A DNA stretch of 51,506 bases from a virus, in the UHGV virus genome UHGV-0335272. One strand, written 5' to 3'. The notes beneath the pieces are model-generated. The model made no database searches, had not been told where the DNA came from, and saw only the letters and a list, made by a program, of their open reading frames with translations. Position numbers and translations under genes: made by a program. The stretch's first letter is position 1. The number at the start of each line of letters is the position of its first letter. This document shows positions 1-9,579 of the stretch, piece by piece.

Positions 1-494
1 AAACCAAGGTTTTTGACAAAGAGCACCGGGTCAGGGATATCCGCGCCGTTCTGGTCTTTGGCCAGCTTCTCCGCCAGCTTGTTCAGCACCGTGGTTGCAA
101 AGTTTGGATCGTTACCAAGGGCATCGGCCAGCTCTTTGAGCGTATCCAGCGTCTCAGGTGCGCTACCAGCAAGTGCGGCAAGCGCTTTGGCCACAAATTC
201 TGTCGTCGCCAGCTTTTTGCTGTTGTCACTGTTTGCAGGTGTGGGCGCAGTCGGCGTGCCGGTGAATGTCGGGCTGGCCTTTGTCGCGTACTGAGTATGC
301 GGGTCTGCTGCCGCGATGTGCGCAGCAAGGTCCGCTCCGCCTTTCTCAACCTGCTGCTTCAGGTATGACGTTCGTTTAGCCAGTTGCTTAGCCTGACGGT
401 TAGAAATCCCGTCAGGCCCACCCAGAACAGGGTCAGAGACCTCTATCTGGTAGATGCCGTCTTCCCACTGCGGGGTTTCAGGTAGGTTTGCCAT
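1..494 (-). CDS. Tail fibre protein, N-terminal fragment (gene continues beyond window start)
   Basis: Manual minus-strand translation from ATG at 494 is open to the window edge: MANLPETPQWEDGIYQIEVSDPVLGGPDG...KKLATTEFVAKALAALAG...TLDTLKELADALGNDPNF, typical tail-fibre N-terminal motifs; not in ORF track because no stop in window. Confidence 0.7.
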   Translation of the reverse strand, partial: MANLPETPQWEDGIYQIEVSDPVLGGPDGISNRQAKQLAKRTSYLKQQVEKGGADLAAHIAAADPHTQYATKASPTFTGTPTAPTPANSDNSKKLATTEFVAKALAALAGSAPETLDTLKELADALGNDPNFATTVLNKLAEKLAKDQNGADIPDPVLFVKNLG

Positions 495-496
495 GA

Positions 497-1075
497 TTAA
501 CTGCTCCCGTGGTTATAGCTGCCGTCATAGTTGACGGTGTTGTTGTAGCGAATTGCGACAGACTGATACTCCAGACTGGCAAGGTGACAGCGGGCCGGAG
601 CGAACGCGGCGAGGGTCTGTCGCAAAAGCGCAGCCTGGTCGTTAGTGATGGGCTGCCGGAGGATAACGCGATAAACCGCCCAGGCCTCGGCATCGCCATG
701 AACATAGATACCGTTGTATGTGTGTCTGCCGTCGTAGCCGATTTGACCGGTCCCCTCAATCAGGTCGACCTCGCCAAAACCAAAGCGACGGATGATCTCC
801 CGGATTGACCACGGCGTCCCCTTGTAGCGGTGCAGCTCAATGGCCGATTTAATCAGGGCACGGCGCACGTCATCAGCTTCAGCCAGTTCCCAGCCGTCGC
901 CGAACAGTGAGAACTGCTCGCACAGCCATGGCAGCGCAGAGCTGTCGACGATATCCACCAGGTAGACCATCAGGGCTTCCAGGTTGATGCTGTCCAGTCG
1001 CCCGGCCAGTCTGCCCAGCGTTCTGAGGCTGACATCCCCCTCAAGCGGTGGCGGAAGTTGTAGCGGTTCAGCCAT
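497..1075 (-). CDS. Tail/baseplate protein (P2 gpI-like, Mu gp48-like)
   Basis: 192-aa ORF immediately downstream of the J-like baseplate gene; position and sequence character fit the gpI family. Confidence 0.7.
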   Translation of the reverse strand: MAEPLQLPPPLEGDVSLRTLGRLAGRLDSINLEALMVYLVDIVDSSALPWLCEQFSLFGDGWELAEADDVRRALIKSAIELHRYKGTPWSIREIIRRFGFGEVDLIEGTGQIGYDGRHTYNGIYVHGDAEAWAVYRVILRQPITNDQAALLRQTLAAFAPARCHLASLEYQSVAIRYNNTVNYDGSYNHGSS

Positions 1076-2171
1076 CGGCTACCCCCGACATGGTGATGTT
1101 GATGGAGGTACAGTTGGCCCACTCGTTTTCCGCCACCACAACCAGCGCCAGACCGGGCAGTTCAACCTGATATACCCCTTCAACGGACAGGACGGCGTTA
1201 ATCTGTCCGGGCACGATATCCAGCCCCAGCTTTGCCCGACGAGCAGCGACCCAGCGCTGAATAGCATTATTGGCGGCGTCTTTTATCGAATTGACGTCCT
1301 GACCACGATAAACCGTGATGCGGGCATCGATGACGTAGTCCACCTGCACAGGCGTTTTTGCATGAACGGTATCGGTGAGCGGGCGGACTTTCTCATCCGA
1401 ACAGAAGCTCTCGACCAGCGTGAGGATGCTATTGTCCGGCAGACCGGTGCTGAGCAGCGGATACAGCTCGACAGTGCCGGGGACAGGGGAAAGAACGGCG
1501 ACGTCGACAATGCTGGGATGTGCCCCCATGGCATGAAAACGGTATGCACCACGGCTTCCGGCGTTAGTGAAGGACTCAGGAGCAAGCCTGATGCGCTCAC
1601 GCAGCCGGTCATTATCTTCCTGCTCTGACCCGCCAGAACTGGCGGAGAGATTGGTGACCTGCAGGTCAACGTTGTCAATCTCATCGAGCAACTGGCTGAC
1701 CTGAGCAGGCTGCCAGCCGTTACCGGCATCACCGGGTTCGGTACAGGTCGCCGTGATATTGACAAATTGCAGGCCCGCCTTCAGCACCACGTCCGCATCG
1801 GTGGCGAAGATAACGCTGTCGGAGGCACTGACACGGGTGCCTGCCGGTATCACTACATCCATCGCCATCGGTTCGTCGACAGCGAACTGGAGAGGTGTCG
1901 ATGCAGGCTGCGCGGCAAGGCGGTACACGCCAACAAGCTCGCCGAGGTAGTCAATCATCGGCTCACGGGCAAAGGCGACCAGATTCTGCTTCGCCGCCTC
2001 CTGTACTGCCACCCTGACCAGCATTTCGCGATAAGCCCAGAGGTCAATCAGCAGACGTTCGGCCTGTGCCGGATACAGCGTTTTACCGGCATCCGCCTCA
2101 TACTTCGCAATCATTTCTGCCGTGATTTTGTCGGCATCGCGTTCAATAAAATCGGGTTCTGTCAGCGCCAT
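1068..2171 (-). CDS. Baseplate J-like protein (Mu gp47-like)
   Basis: 367-aa ORF, baseplate J-like by sequence character and synteny between gpW-like and gpI-like genes. Confidence 0.75.
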   Translation of the reverse strand: MALTEPDFIERDADKITAEMIAKYEADAGKTLYPAQAERLLIDLWAYREMLVRVAVQEAAKQNLVAFAREPMIDYLGELVGVYRLAAQPASTPLQFAVDEPMAMDVVIPAGTRVSASDSVIFATDADVVLKAGLQFVNITATCTEPGDAGNGWQPAQVSQLLDEIDNVDLQVTNLSASSGGSEQEDNDRLRERIRLAPESFTNAGSRGAYRFHAMGAHPSIVDVAVLSPVPGTVELYPLLSTGLPDNSILTLVESFCSDEKVRPLTDTVHAKTPVQVDYVIDARITVYRGQDVNSIKDAANNAIQRWVAARRAKLGLDIVPGQINAVLSVEGVYQVELPGLALVVVAENEWANCTSINITMSGVADG

Positions 2172-2509
2172 AGCAGTTCCTGAGTCCGGGGTTGTCCGTC
2201 TGAGCCTTTCCAGCTCACCCGGAGCGTAAGATGTTCACCGTCAACGGCGGGTTTAACTGACGTCAGCTGGCAACGAGGCTCCCAGCGGCGAATGGCATCG
2301 ACGGACTCGCGCACGACGTGCGGAATGGCACGATCAACGGGCCAGTCGATATAAAGGTGCAGATTGCTGCCGAACTCCGGGCGGTGCGGGTCGCTGCCGC
2401 GAGGAGTGCGCAGAATGATTTGAATGGCCTGCCAGATATCATCCATCCCCTGGACGATTTCGCCGGGGGCCTGCATGGCCGGTTGCCAGAATACTGAGGT
2501 CGTTTTCAT
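2162..2509 (-). CDS. Baseplate wedge protein, GPW/gp25 family
   Basis: 115-aa ORF, size and position typical of GPW/gp25. Confidence 0.75.
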   Translation of the reverse strand: MKTTSVFWQPAMQAPGEIVQGMDDIWQAIQIILRTPRGSDPHRPEFGSNLHLYIDWPVDRAIPHVVRESVDAIRRWEPRCQLTSVKPAVDGEHLTLRVSWKGSDGQPRTQELLWR

Positions 2510-2564
2510 GGGGGCAGTATTGCCCCCGGAAGGGTTAGCCGATATTAAAGGCGTTTAAGAAGGT

Positions 2565-3161
2565 TCAGTGGGAGTGGTGATTGGAGTTTGCGCCATCAGA
2601 CAGCATGCTACCGGTGGCGTGGGCATTCCCTTCAATCTCGATATTGCCCTGAATGGTCGCGGTGGCACCTTCTCCGCCAGAGCCAGCCATGCCACCCTCG
2701 TAAGTGAGCTTACCCCTGACAAGCAGGTCCCCGGTTATTTCGGTCTGTGGCGCATCAATCGTGGCTTTCTGCGTTTTCACGAACACGTCAGCACTACACT
2801 CAATCACAAGATGCTCGATTCCACCCTTAATGGTGAGCGTATGGGTGCCCCGGTGGTAGCTGAACTCGGCCCCGTCGCTGAATGTTGTGCCGCGAACGCT
2901 CTTGTCGCTGAACGATGGTTTATCAACGTCGGAATAGACCGCGCCGAGGATCACGCCATCTTCGCCGTTTTCATCCAGCAGCACCTTGACCTGCTCCCCC
3001 ACATCAGGGAGCCAGTAATCTTTGTTGTTCTGGGTGTTGCGCTGCAGGACGTCCAGCCAGTTGGTGCGCATGTTGTCGCACTCGGGCAGCCGGACGCGGG
3101 CTTTCACGCCATCAGCATCAACGGCACTGACCGTACCGGTCTGCAGGGTTACGCCTGTCAT
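2565..3161 (-). CDS. Baseplate assembly/spike protein (gpV-like, Mu gp45-like)
   Basis: 198-aa ORF between hub and gpW-like genes. Confidence 0.7.
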   Translation of the reverse strand: MTGVTLQTGTVSAVDADGVKARVRLPECDNMRTNWLDVLQRNTQNNKDYWLPDVGEQVKVLLDENGEDGVILGAVYSDVDKPSFSDKSVRGTTFSDGAEFSYHRGTHTLTIKGGIEHLVIECSADVFVKTQKATIDAPQTEITGDLLVRGKLTYEGGMAGSGGEGATATIQGNIEIEGNAHATGSMLSDGANSNHHSH

Positions 3162-4327
3162 TTTTTCTTCTCCTTTATTACCGTGGATGTGCTGCCGTCT
3201 GGCTTGTAGACGGTGAGCGTCTGGGTCTTGCCGGTCTTATTGCCTTTCTTCGCCTTACCCCGCGTCACCGGCCCCCGCGCCACATCCAGCTCGGTCACGT
3301 AGCCGCTGCTGCGGTCAAGCGTATGGCGGGCAGTGGTTATCAGCCACGGCCCGGATAGCTGGCCAAAGCCTGACAGCTCAATTTTATTGCCTGCTGTTAG
3401 CTGGGATGCGCCCATCAGGGTCAGGGAACCGCTCTGCTGATATTCGTTGTGGCGGGCCAGTGCGGAATCAGCCTTAATGCGTGCGCTGTCCGGATCACTG
3501 ATGCGGCTGTTGACCTGAAGCCGGTCGGCGCTGGTGACCTTGCCGCCTTTGGTTTGCTTGCTGCTCTCGCTGGTCCCGCCGTCAGCCTCATACACAATCA
3601 GCTTTTTTGTGCTGCTCTTCTGGTGCTTGACCCTGGCGGATTTGTAGACCCGGTTGATGGTATCGCGAAGCGAGTAACGGGCCACGTCCTGCGGCTTCAG
3701 CTGACGCACCGGCTCCTGGCTGCGAAGCGTGGCCAGATGCGAAAATATCAGCTGGTCGCTGACAATCTTCACCGCATAGCCGTACTCGCTGGCGAGGCGG
3801 TGCAGAAAGGCCACGTCGGTCTCGGCGTACTGCGTCACCCGGTCAATTTTGATGACCTCGATGCTGCCGACCAGCTTCAGCTGATGCTTTTTGGCAATAC
3901 GCCCGGCGATGGCCGCTAGCGTTGTGCTCTCGAAGCCCCGGCTTGATTTCGTCCGTAGTGCGCTGTTGACCGAGGTGGCCACACCCCGGATGGATACAAC
4001 AGAGGCGGGCGAACTGACCTCTATCTCGTCGATAGAGAAGGTACCGCAGGACAGCAGTTTCTCGCCCTGGTAGCCCACCTTCAGTGTCAACGTGTCACCT
4101 TTACCCGGATACCATGCATCCAGCCAGCGACCATCGGTATCATCCAGCTCCACCTCGATGGTGTCGGACTCATTTTTGATGTTATCGCTGTACGTAATGC
4201 GGGTGACGTATGGGGTGATATCGCTGGTGATATTCTTTTTCAGGTACCACAGGGTGAACACCGGCGACAGCACGTCGCTGACGCCGGTCAGGGCAGACGA
4301 TACCTGCGAACTGCTTACCTCAGCCAT
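3158..4327 (-). CDS. Baseplate hub protein (P2 gpD / Mu P-like)
   Basis: 389-aa ORF with basic C-terminal tail, downstream of gpU/N-like gene. Confidence 0.75.
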   Translation of the reverse strand: MAEVSSSQVSSALTGVSDVLSPVFTLWYLKKNITSDITPYVTRITYSDNIKNESDTIEVELDDTDGRWLDAWYPGKGDTLTLKVGYQGEKLLSCGTFSIDEIEVSSPASVVSIRGVATSVNSALRTKSSRGFESTTLAAIAGRIAKKHQLKLVGSIEVIKIDRVTQYAETDVAFLHRLASEYGYAVKIVSDQLIFSHLATLRSQEPVRQLKPQDVARYSLRDTINRVYKSARVKHQKSSTKKLIVYEADGGTSESSKQTKGGKVTSADRLQVNSRISDPDSARIKADSALARHNEYQQSGSLTLMGASQLTAGNKIELSGFGQLSGPWLITTARHTLDRSSGYVTELDVARGPVTRGKAKKGNKTGKTQTLTVYKPDGSTSTVIKEKKK

Positions 4328-4527
4328 GGCGGAGTATCCTCTTCTGTCGTGGCATCTTCAGCCTCAATTACCGGGATAAGTAACAGCAGCCCGGAGGGTA
4401 GTACCGCCGTGATAGCCACGTGCGGGTTAGCGGCAATAATCCGGGGGTAGCCCATCGGGTCACCGTAGTACTTCCATGCCAGCGCATCCCAGCGCTCCCC
4501 GTCACGGGTGACATGTTCAAGAAACAT
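4315..4527 (-). CDS. Tail protein X-like small protein
   Basis: 70-aa ORF between gpU-like and gpD-like genes, conserved position of tail protein X. Confidence 0.6.
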   Translation of the reverse strand: MFLEHVTRDGERWDALAWKYYGDPMGYPRIIAANPHVAITAVLPSGLLLLIPVIEAEDATTEEDTPPWLR

Positions 4528-5411
4528 CAGACGCTCCTTGCCATTATTCTGGCTGCCATTGTGCTTAACCCCGGAGACATGCGGGTAAAAGTGGTGCTGG
4601 CGGAGTTCAGCTGACCGGAAACCGCATCCAGCGCCGCCGCGATATTGCTGCCGTCGACGCCGTTCAGCGCGGACTGTGCCTGCTGAACATACGAGGCGGC
4701 CTCACCGGTGGCCCGAGCCAGGCTGACAGCTTCCGGCATGGACTCTGCCAGCGCATTAAACGCCGGGATACTGCTCCCCAGTGAACCGGAGATGTTCCCC
4801 AGCCCGCTCATCAGCCCTGGTACACGGGTCAGCGCCACTGTCGGGTTATCCTTCATTTTCTGTGCAATCCGCACCGCGCTCATGGTGGTCTGGAGCACTG
4901 ACTGTGCCTGCTTCGCATAGTTGACGCCGTCCCGGACATACTGCGCCACGCCGGAAGGTGACGGAACCGCAGAAGATATCGCGCCTGTGCCCGGTACCTG
5001 TGCACGGATAGCGGGCGGCTTCAGAGGGTTTTTAGGGTCGCCGATGTACTCCCGGAGAGACGCGGTGGCATTGACGGCCAGCACGTTGCCGGTGCTGTCG
5101 GTCTGTTCACTGGTCGCGGTCACGTCGGTAATCACGAACCAGCCGCGATAGTCGCCGTTGCCAAAGACCAGCGCCAGCGCCTGATGAGCTTTCATCGCTG
5201 TTCTCAGGCGGGCCAGCTCGACGTCGGGCACACAATAATGCTGGTGAAAGACCAGGCTTATCTGGATTTCGTCCAGCTTGTCGCCAATGAACTGCAGGCC
5301 GGGCTTCCCTTCGATGCGGGCATGCTCGGCGTAATCGACGCCGAACGTCGCCTCGAAGCCGTCCCAGTAGGTAATCAGCTCAAACTCAATATCGCCCAGA
5401 ACTGCAAACAT
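4527..5411 (-). CDS. DNA circularization protein N / tail gpU-like (Mu gp43-like)
   Basis: 294-aa ORF immediately downstream of tape measure gene. Confidence 0.7.
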   Translation of the reverse strand: MFAVLGDIEFELITYWDGFEATFGVDYAEHARIEGKPGLQFIGDKLDEIQISLVFHQHYCVPDVELARLRTAMKAHQALALVFGNGDYRGWFVITDVTATSEQTDSTGNVLAVNATASLREYIGDPKNPLKPPAIRAQVPGTGAISSAVPSPSGVAQYVRDGVNYAKQAQSVLQTTMSAVRIAQKMKDNPTVALTRVPGLMSGLGNISGSLGSSIPAFNALAESMPEAVSLARATGEAASYVQQAQSALNGVDGSNIAAALDAVSGQLNSASTTFTRMSPGLSTMAARIMARSV

Positions 5412-7876
5412 CAGCTGTACCTCCTGCGCTGTTGCTGAGCCAGCAGACGCTCCAGCATTTTTTCCAGCTCGTGCACGCTCATATTCAGCGCACCGGTCAG
5501 CCCGGCTGGCGCTGCTGTCTCTTTGCCATTCAGGTAAAACTGAGGATTAAAGTCGACCTGAATACCACCAGACATTCCGCCACCGGATGCAGCTGCACCA
5601 CGGCCTGAATATCCCACAGCCATGATTTCTGGCGACGGGATACGGGGTACATCCGGTGTCATTTCTTCAGCCAGCCGCTGCCCGGCCAGCGCCGCAAGCG
5701 GAGTGGTGCGCTGCAGGCCGATGGCTGCTCCCTGTGCGATGTTGTCACCAAAGCCCATAAACACCCGGCTCGGTGAGTGAATGCCCAGTTTTTCTTTAAA
5801 CCAGCCGCCGACGCTGTCTCCCATGTCGGTGACGGTGGTTTTGAGCGAGTCCCATTTGTTTTTGATGCCGTTTATCAGCCCGTCGATAAGATGGCCACCG
5901 AAGTCAGTGAACTTCGCTGGCAGATCAACGCCGAGATATTTCAGCGCAGCCGCAAAGGCTTTGTAGAGCAGACCAACCGGCGACCAGTTCATCAGCAGCT
6001 TACCAATCCCCACGATACCGCCGTTAAACGCCGTTTTAATGTCTGCCCAGCGCTGTTTAAACCAGCCGCTGACCGCTCCCCAGTTGCGGTAAATAAGGTA
6101 AGCAGCCACAGCAACAGCGGTGATGACCAGACCGATAGGGTTCATCATCAGCGCCCGGCCAATCCAGAGAACTGCCCGTCCGACGAGCATAATGCCGCGA
6201 ACAAGACTGCCACCAAGTACACGCCCCAGCGTACCGGCCCCTCTGGCGACAGCGCTGAAGCCGGTCACTAACCAGCGGAGTTTGCCGCCTTCACCCAGTG
6301 CAAGGGTCAGACGAAGCCAGTTAGCTCGAAGCCTGACAACACTTCCCCATACGCTGGTAAATGGTGAGATAAGGAGATTCAGCCCCAGCTTGAGACCGAT
6401 GGTGGCCATCTTAAAGGCCAGTAATGCACCTACAACCTTAATAGTGCCGCTGACGAGCTGCGGGTTTGCCGCTATCCATTTGCCAACGCTGTTCATTAAG
6501 GGGATGAACGTTTCCCCCAACTGGATCAAAGCCGGGCGTAATGATTCTCCGATGCTAATGGCCGAGTCGTTAAAACCAATCTGGGTACTGCGCCAGCGTC
6601 CTTCGAGTGTGTCATTCTGTTTTGCTGCATCCTTGTCCAGGGTAGACATCGCAGAGGGAGTGTTCATTTCCTGTTTATTAGACTGGTACTTATCCCAGCC
6701 CTGGCGCATCGCCAGCAGATGGTTGACAGTCTGAATATCGGTGAACACTTCCGCCAGTCCAAAGGATTCCATCAACTTCTGCTGGCCTTCCTGATCGCCT
6801 CTTGATCCTGCAGCTTTCCATTGTTGTACGAATGCCTTGCCTTTACCGTCGATAAACCGGTTGGCAATCATCAGAGAGGCTTCATACTGAGAGAGTCCCT
6901 GGGCTACATAATTTTGCATTGACCCCTGATAGTCCACTCCGGCTTTGGCATATTTCTGAATGGTATCTCCGCGCCCCATCGCCGCCAGCCAGTTAGACAT
7001 ATTGGTGACTGCTTCCTCTGCAGAGCCGCTGCCTTTACCCACTTCCAGACTGGCGACAATCTGGGTTATGGCGTCTTTACCGTAAATACCACGGGCCGCG
7101 AAAGCTTTGGCCATACCGGGCAACGCTTTCGCCATATCCTTCAGTTCAAATGAGCCGAGCTTGGCCCCAGTTGCCGCAATCCCAAAAGCCTGCTCCAGCT
7201 CCTTCGCATCGGTAATTTTAAGCGCATCGCTGAAGGCATAGGTCATTTTGGCGAGGTCTGTCATATCCGCTTTGGTGGCTGTGGCTGCTTTGCCCAGCAT
7301 TCCGGCAAACTTTGCTGCCTGTTCCGGGTTCATACCATCAGCAACCAGTTGACCAACACCACCCAACAGAGACTCCTGCAGCTGGTTAACCCTGAGCGAT
7401 GCCTGACGAATAGCAGTACCGATTGCCTGCTCCTGACGTGCATCCAGATCGCCGGTCACGCTGATATCGCGAAGCTGGGACTCAAACGAGGCATATTGTT
7501 TGATTGAGGCCATAACTGGTGACCCCAGCGTTCTGCCTATGGCATAGGTTTCTGCCCCCTGCCCATAGAGCGCCATGCGGTTAGCTTTCTGCGCATCACT
7601 GGTGGCAGATACCGCCGACAGACGACGCTGCTGGCGCTCAACCTGTTCCATTGTTCGACCAACCCGCAACAGAGCATTGTTCAGGTTCTGCATGGAAGAT
7701 GTACCGAGGTGACCATAGCGGGCAATTTTCTGAGTTAAATTATCTTGCCGCTCCTGCAGACGGCGTGATGTATCGCCAAGGGAGTCGAGGGCGCGTCGGG
7801 TACCGCTGACGGCAGAACGGAAGCTGCTTCCGACAATCCCGCCAATAATGACGCCAACTGAAAATTCACTGGCCAC
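5411..7876 (-). CDS. Tail tape measure protein
   Basis: 821-aa ORF, A/G/L-rich with predicted coiled coil and hydrophobic C-terminal segments, downstream of tail chaperone. Confidence 0.85.
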   Translation of the reverse strand: MASEFSVGVIIGGIVGSSFRSAVSGTRRALDSLGDTSRRLQERQDNLTQKIARYGHLGTSSMQNLNNALLRVGRTMEQVERQQRRLSAVSATSDAQKANRMALYGQGAETYAIGRTLGSPVMASIKQYASFESQLRDISVTGDLDARQEQAIGTAIRQASLRVNQLQESLLGGVGQLVADGMNPEQAAKFAGMLGKAATATKADMTDLAKMTYAFSDALKITDAKELEQAFGIAATGAKLGSFELKDMAKALPGMAKAFAARGIYGKDAITQIVASLEVGKGSGSAEEAVTNMSNWLAAMGRGDTIQKYAKAGVDYQGSMQNYVAQGLSQYEASLMIANRFIDGKGKAFVQQWKAAGSRGDQEGQQKLMESFGLAEVFTDIQTVNHLLAMRQGWDKYQSNKQEMNTPSAMSTLDKDAAKQNDTLEGRWRSTQIGFNDSAISIGESLRPALIQLGETFIPLMNSVGKWIAANPQLVSGTIKVVGALLAFKMATIGLKLGLNLLISPFTSVWGSVVRLRANWLRLTLALGEGGKLRWLVTGFSAVARGAGTLGRVLGGSLVRGIMLVGRAVLWIGRALMMNPIGLVITAVAVAAYLIYRNWGAVSGWFKQRWADIKTAFNGGIVGIGKLLMNWSPVGLLYKAFAAALKYLGVDLPAKFTDFGGHLIDGLINGIKNKWDSLKTTVTDMGDSVGGWFKEKLGIHSPSRVFMGFGDNIAQGAAIGLQRTTPLAALAGQRLAEEMTPDVPRIPSPEIMAVGYSGRGAAASGGGMSGGIQVDFNPQFYLNGKETAAPAGLTGALNMSVHELEKMLERLLAQQQRRRYS

Positions 7877-8054
7877 GCTGGTTATCCTCTGAAAGCGAAA
7901 AAACGTAAGGGGAATATCGGAGAGGCATGCAGAACAGCCGCGAGTGGCGGCTGTCAGGTGATGAGGAGTTACTGATTGTCGCCGAACTCGCTTTTGATTT
8001 GCTCTTCAGCCTGCTCCAGCCACATCTCCAGATCGTCAGTATCGAGGGCATCAA
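7866..8054 (-). CDS. Small ORF between tail chaperone and tape measure; either frameshift extension of the chaperone or an independent 61-aa ORF
   Basis: Open in the -1 frame relative to the chaperone ORF for about 31 nt of overlap; GGGGGAG lies 4 nt upstream of an in-frame ATG; no canonical slippery heptamer seen. Confidence 0.3.
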   Translation of the reverse strand: MMPSILTIWRCGWSRLKSKSKASSATISNSSSPDSRHSRLFCMPLRYSPYVFSLSEDNQRGQ

Positions 8055-8071
8055 TCTCCCCCGGCTGAAAT

Positions 8072-8398
8072 CTAAACCACCTCGCCAGCAGTCCCTGTGC
8101 CTGCGTCAGCATCTTTGTCGCTCTTGCCCAACCCCGTGATTTGCTGAAATCGGGTCTGCAGCTCCAGATAATCGGCCAGGTCCATGTTGTCCATGTCCTC
8201 CGGGAGCAGGCCGGTACTGCGGGAAATCAGTGGTTCATCCCAGTCAGCCGGGTCTTTATGCGTTTTCTTGACCAGTTTGAGGTCTTTAACCGTCAGGCGC
8301 TTAAGGGTGAGTTGAGAAATGGAGTTACCTGCTGCCGTGGTGAAAGGGAACTGCAGGACAAAGATTTCTGCTTCTGTTTGGGTCTGTGACATGTTCAT
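8072..8398 (-). CDS. Tail assembly chaperone (P2 gpE-like)
   Basis: 108-aa acidic ORF upstream of tape measure; conserved position. Confidence 0.6.
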   Translation of the reverse strand: MNMSQTQTEAEIFVLQFPFTTAAGNSISQLTLKRLTVKDLKLVKKTHKDPADWDEPLISRSTGLLPEDMDNMDLADYLELQTRFQQITGLGKSDKDADAGTGTAGEVV

Positions 8399-8460
8399 GC
8401 TCCTGTGTAAGTTCAGGGCAGTATGCCTGGTGACGCGGGGAACAGATATTAAAGGGGATT

Positions 8461-8484
8461 AAGAAGAAAGGGGCCGAAGCCCCT
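8461..8484 (-). terminator. Putative intrinsic terminator inside tail operon
   Basis: Minus-strand GGGGC-TTCG-GCCCC hairpin followed by TTTCTTCTT, directly after the stop of ORF 8491..8772. Confidence 0.4.
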
Positions 8485-8490
8485 GTGATA

Positions 8491-8772
8491 TCAGTGAGTA
8501 CGAAACCCTTTGCAGTTGCGCAGAAAGGTAATGAGCATCGCTTTCCCTTCGGTTTTACCGATGCCGGTAAACCAGTGGTCAGGTGGCTCCCATGCCTCAA
8601 TCAGGTCAGCGAGCTTTCGTGCTTTAGAGCGTGTGCAGTCAATCGGGTCATTGGTTTTACGGGTATTAAAAAGGTTCTCCACCCCCGGAATATCGAGGAT
8701 GGTAAACCAGGTGCCATTCCCCATGCCAATCGAACCACAGTTCCCGCCTTTATCTTCGATCTCAACGGTCAT
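8491..8772 (-). CDS. Hypothetical protein (tail-region small ORF)
   Basis: 93-aa ORF overlapping upstream ORF by 11 nt, followed by hairpin terminator. Confidence 0.45.
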   Translation of the reverse strand: MTVEIEDKGGNCGSIGMGNGTWFTILDIPGVENLFNTRKTNDPIDCTRSKARKLADLIEAWEPPDHWFTGIGKTEGKAMLITFLRNCKGFRTH

Positions 8773-9055
8773 CGTGGTTCCCTGATGCCAGCTGGGACTT
8801 CAGCCTGTACCCCTCAAACTGCCACAGCGCTTCAGTCGCATTGTGCTGCGCTTTAGCGATGGCCACCTTCCTACCGGTCTCTTCATCGAACAACCCCGGA
8901 TGCGCCGTGGCGCTGAATCCACTGCTGACCATAAAGCCATCCGGCATCAGTGCGACAGCAATGGTCAGCGTGGTGCCCGGAAAGTGATGGGTCTGGTAAT
9001 TCAGCGACGCCACCAGGTCGTCTATCGTCTTGCGCTCAACTTTAGGTACCACCAT
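8762..9055 (-). CDS. Hypothetical protein (tail-region small ORF)
   Basis: 97-aa ORF starting 3 nt after tail tube stop. Confidence 0.5.
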   Translation of the reverse strand: MVVPKVERKTIDDLVASLNYQTHHFPGTTLTIAVALMPDGFMVSSGFSATAHPGLFDEETGRKVAIAKAQHNATEALWQFEGYRLKSQLASGNHDDR

Positions 9056-9057
9056 GA

Positions 9058-9579
9058 TTATCCCCCGATATTGATGCGATAGTCAGTCAACTGGTCAACG
9101 CCACCGACGCGGAAGATGTTGGCCAGATAGTCCAGCTCCAGCAGCTCTTCACCATCCAGTACCTGCTTGATGTATGTGCAGGTGAAGCTACTGGAGAACT
9201 CGGCATTCTCATGCTGCTTGAACGTCCCCAGCGGGTTCTTCTTGAACATGATCGTCAGGAAGGTGACCAGCGGGATTTCATCAATCAACCCCTGAGAGCT
9301 GTAGCGCTGAACACTGGAACGGCACTGCAGCGCCAGCGATTTATACGGGTTCGCGGCAGACAGCATCGCATCGCGGTAGAAGCTGTTCCACTTGATCTCT
9401 CCTTCCAGCTTGTCGAAGCCTGACGGGAGTTCCACCTTACCCACCATCCCCAGCGCTTTATGTTCCTGCATGGTCATCGACACGTCGGGGAGCTTGACCT
9501 CCTCGGCCCGGCCCAGCAGGTTAGCGCTATCCAGATAGATGTTGGCATTGGTGATGCGGTTGATCTCAATCTTTGCCAT
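9058..9579 (-). CDS. Tail tube protein
   Basis: 173-aa ORF directly downstream of sheath gene. Confidence 0.8.
   Translation of the reverse strand: MAKIEINRITNANIYLDSANLLGRAEEVKLPDVSMTMQEHKALGMVGKVELPSGFDKLEGEIKWNSFYRDAMLSAANPYKSLALQCRSSVQRYSSQGLIDEIPLVTFLTIMFKKNPLGTFKQHENAEFSSSFTCTYIKQVLDGEELLELDYLANIFRVGGVDQLTDYRINIGG

Noticed and set aside
13-294. Plus-strand 93-aa ORF at window start
   Set aside because: Lies antisense to the clearly recognisable tail-fibre N-terminal coding sequence on the minus strand; composition-driven antisense ORF.
984-1628. Plus-strand 214-aa ORF
   Set aside because: Entirely antisense to the baseplate J-like gene; no RBS context, low-complexity translation.
5777-6271. 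Plus-strand 164-aa ORF inside tape measure region
   Set aside because: Antisense to the tape measure gene, which has the coherent full-length frame.
8075-8105. Canonical -1 slippery heptamer in the chaperone overlap
   Set aside because: Looked for an X XXY YYZ motif in the overlap; none present, so a frameshift is not asserted, only noted as a possibility.
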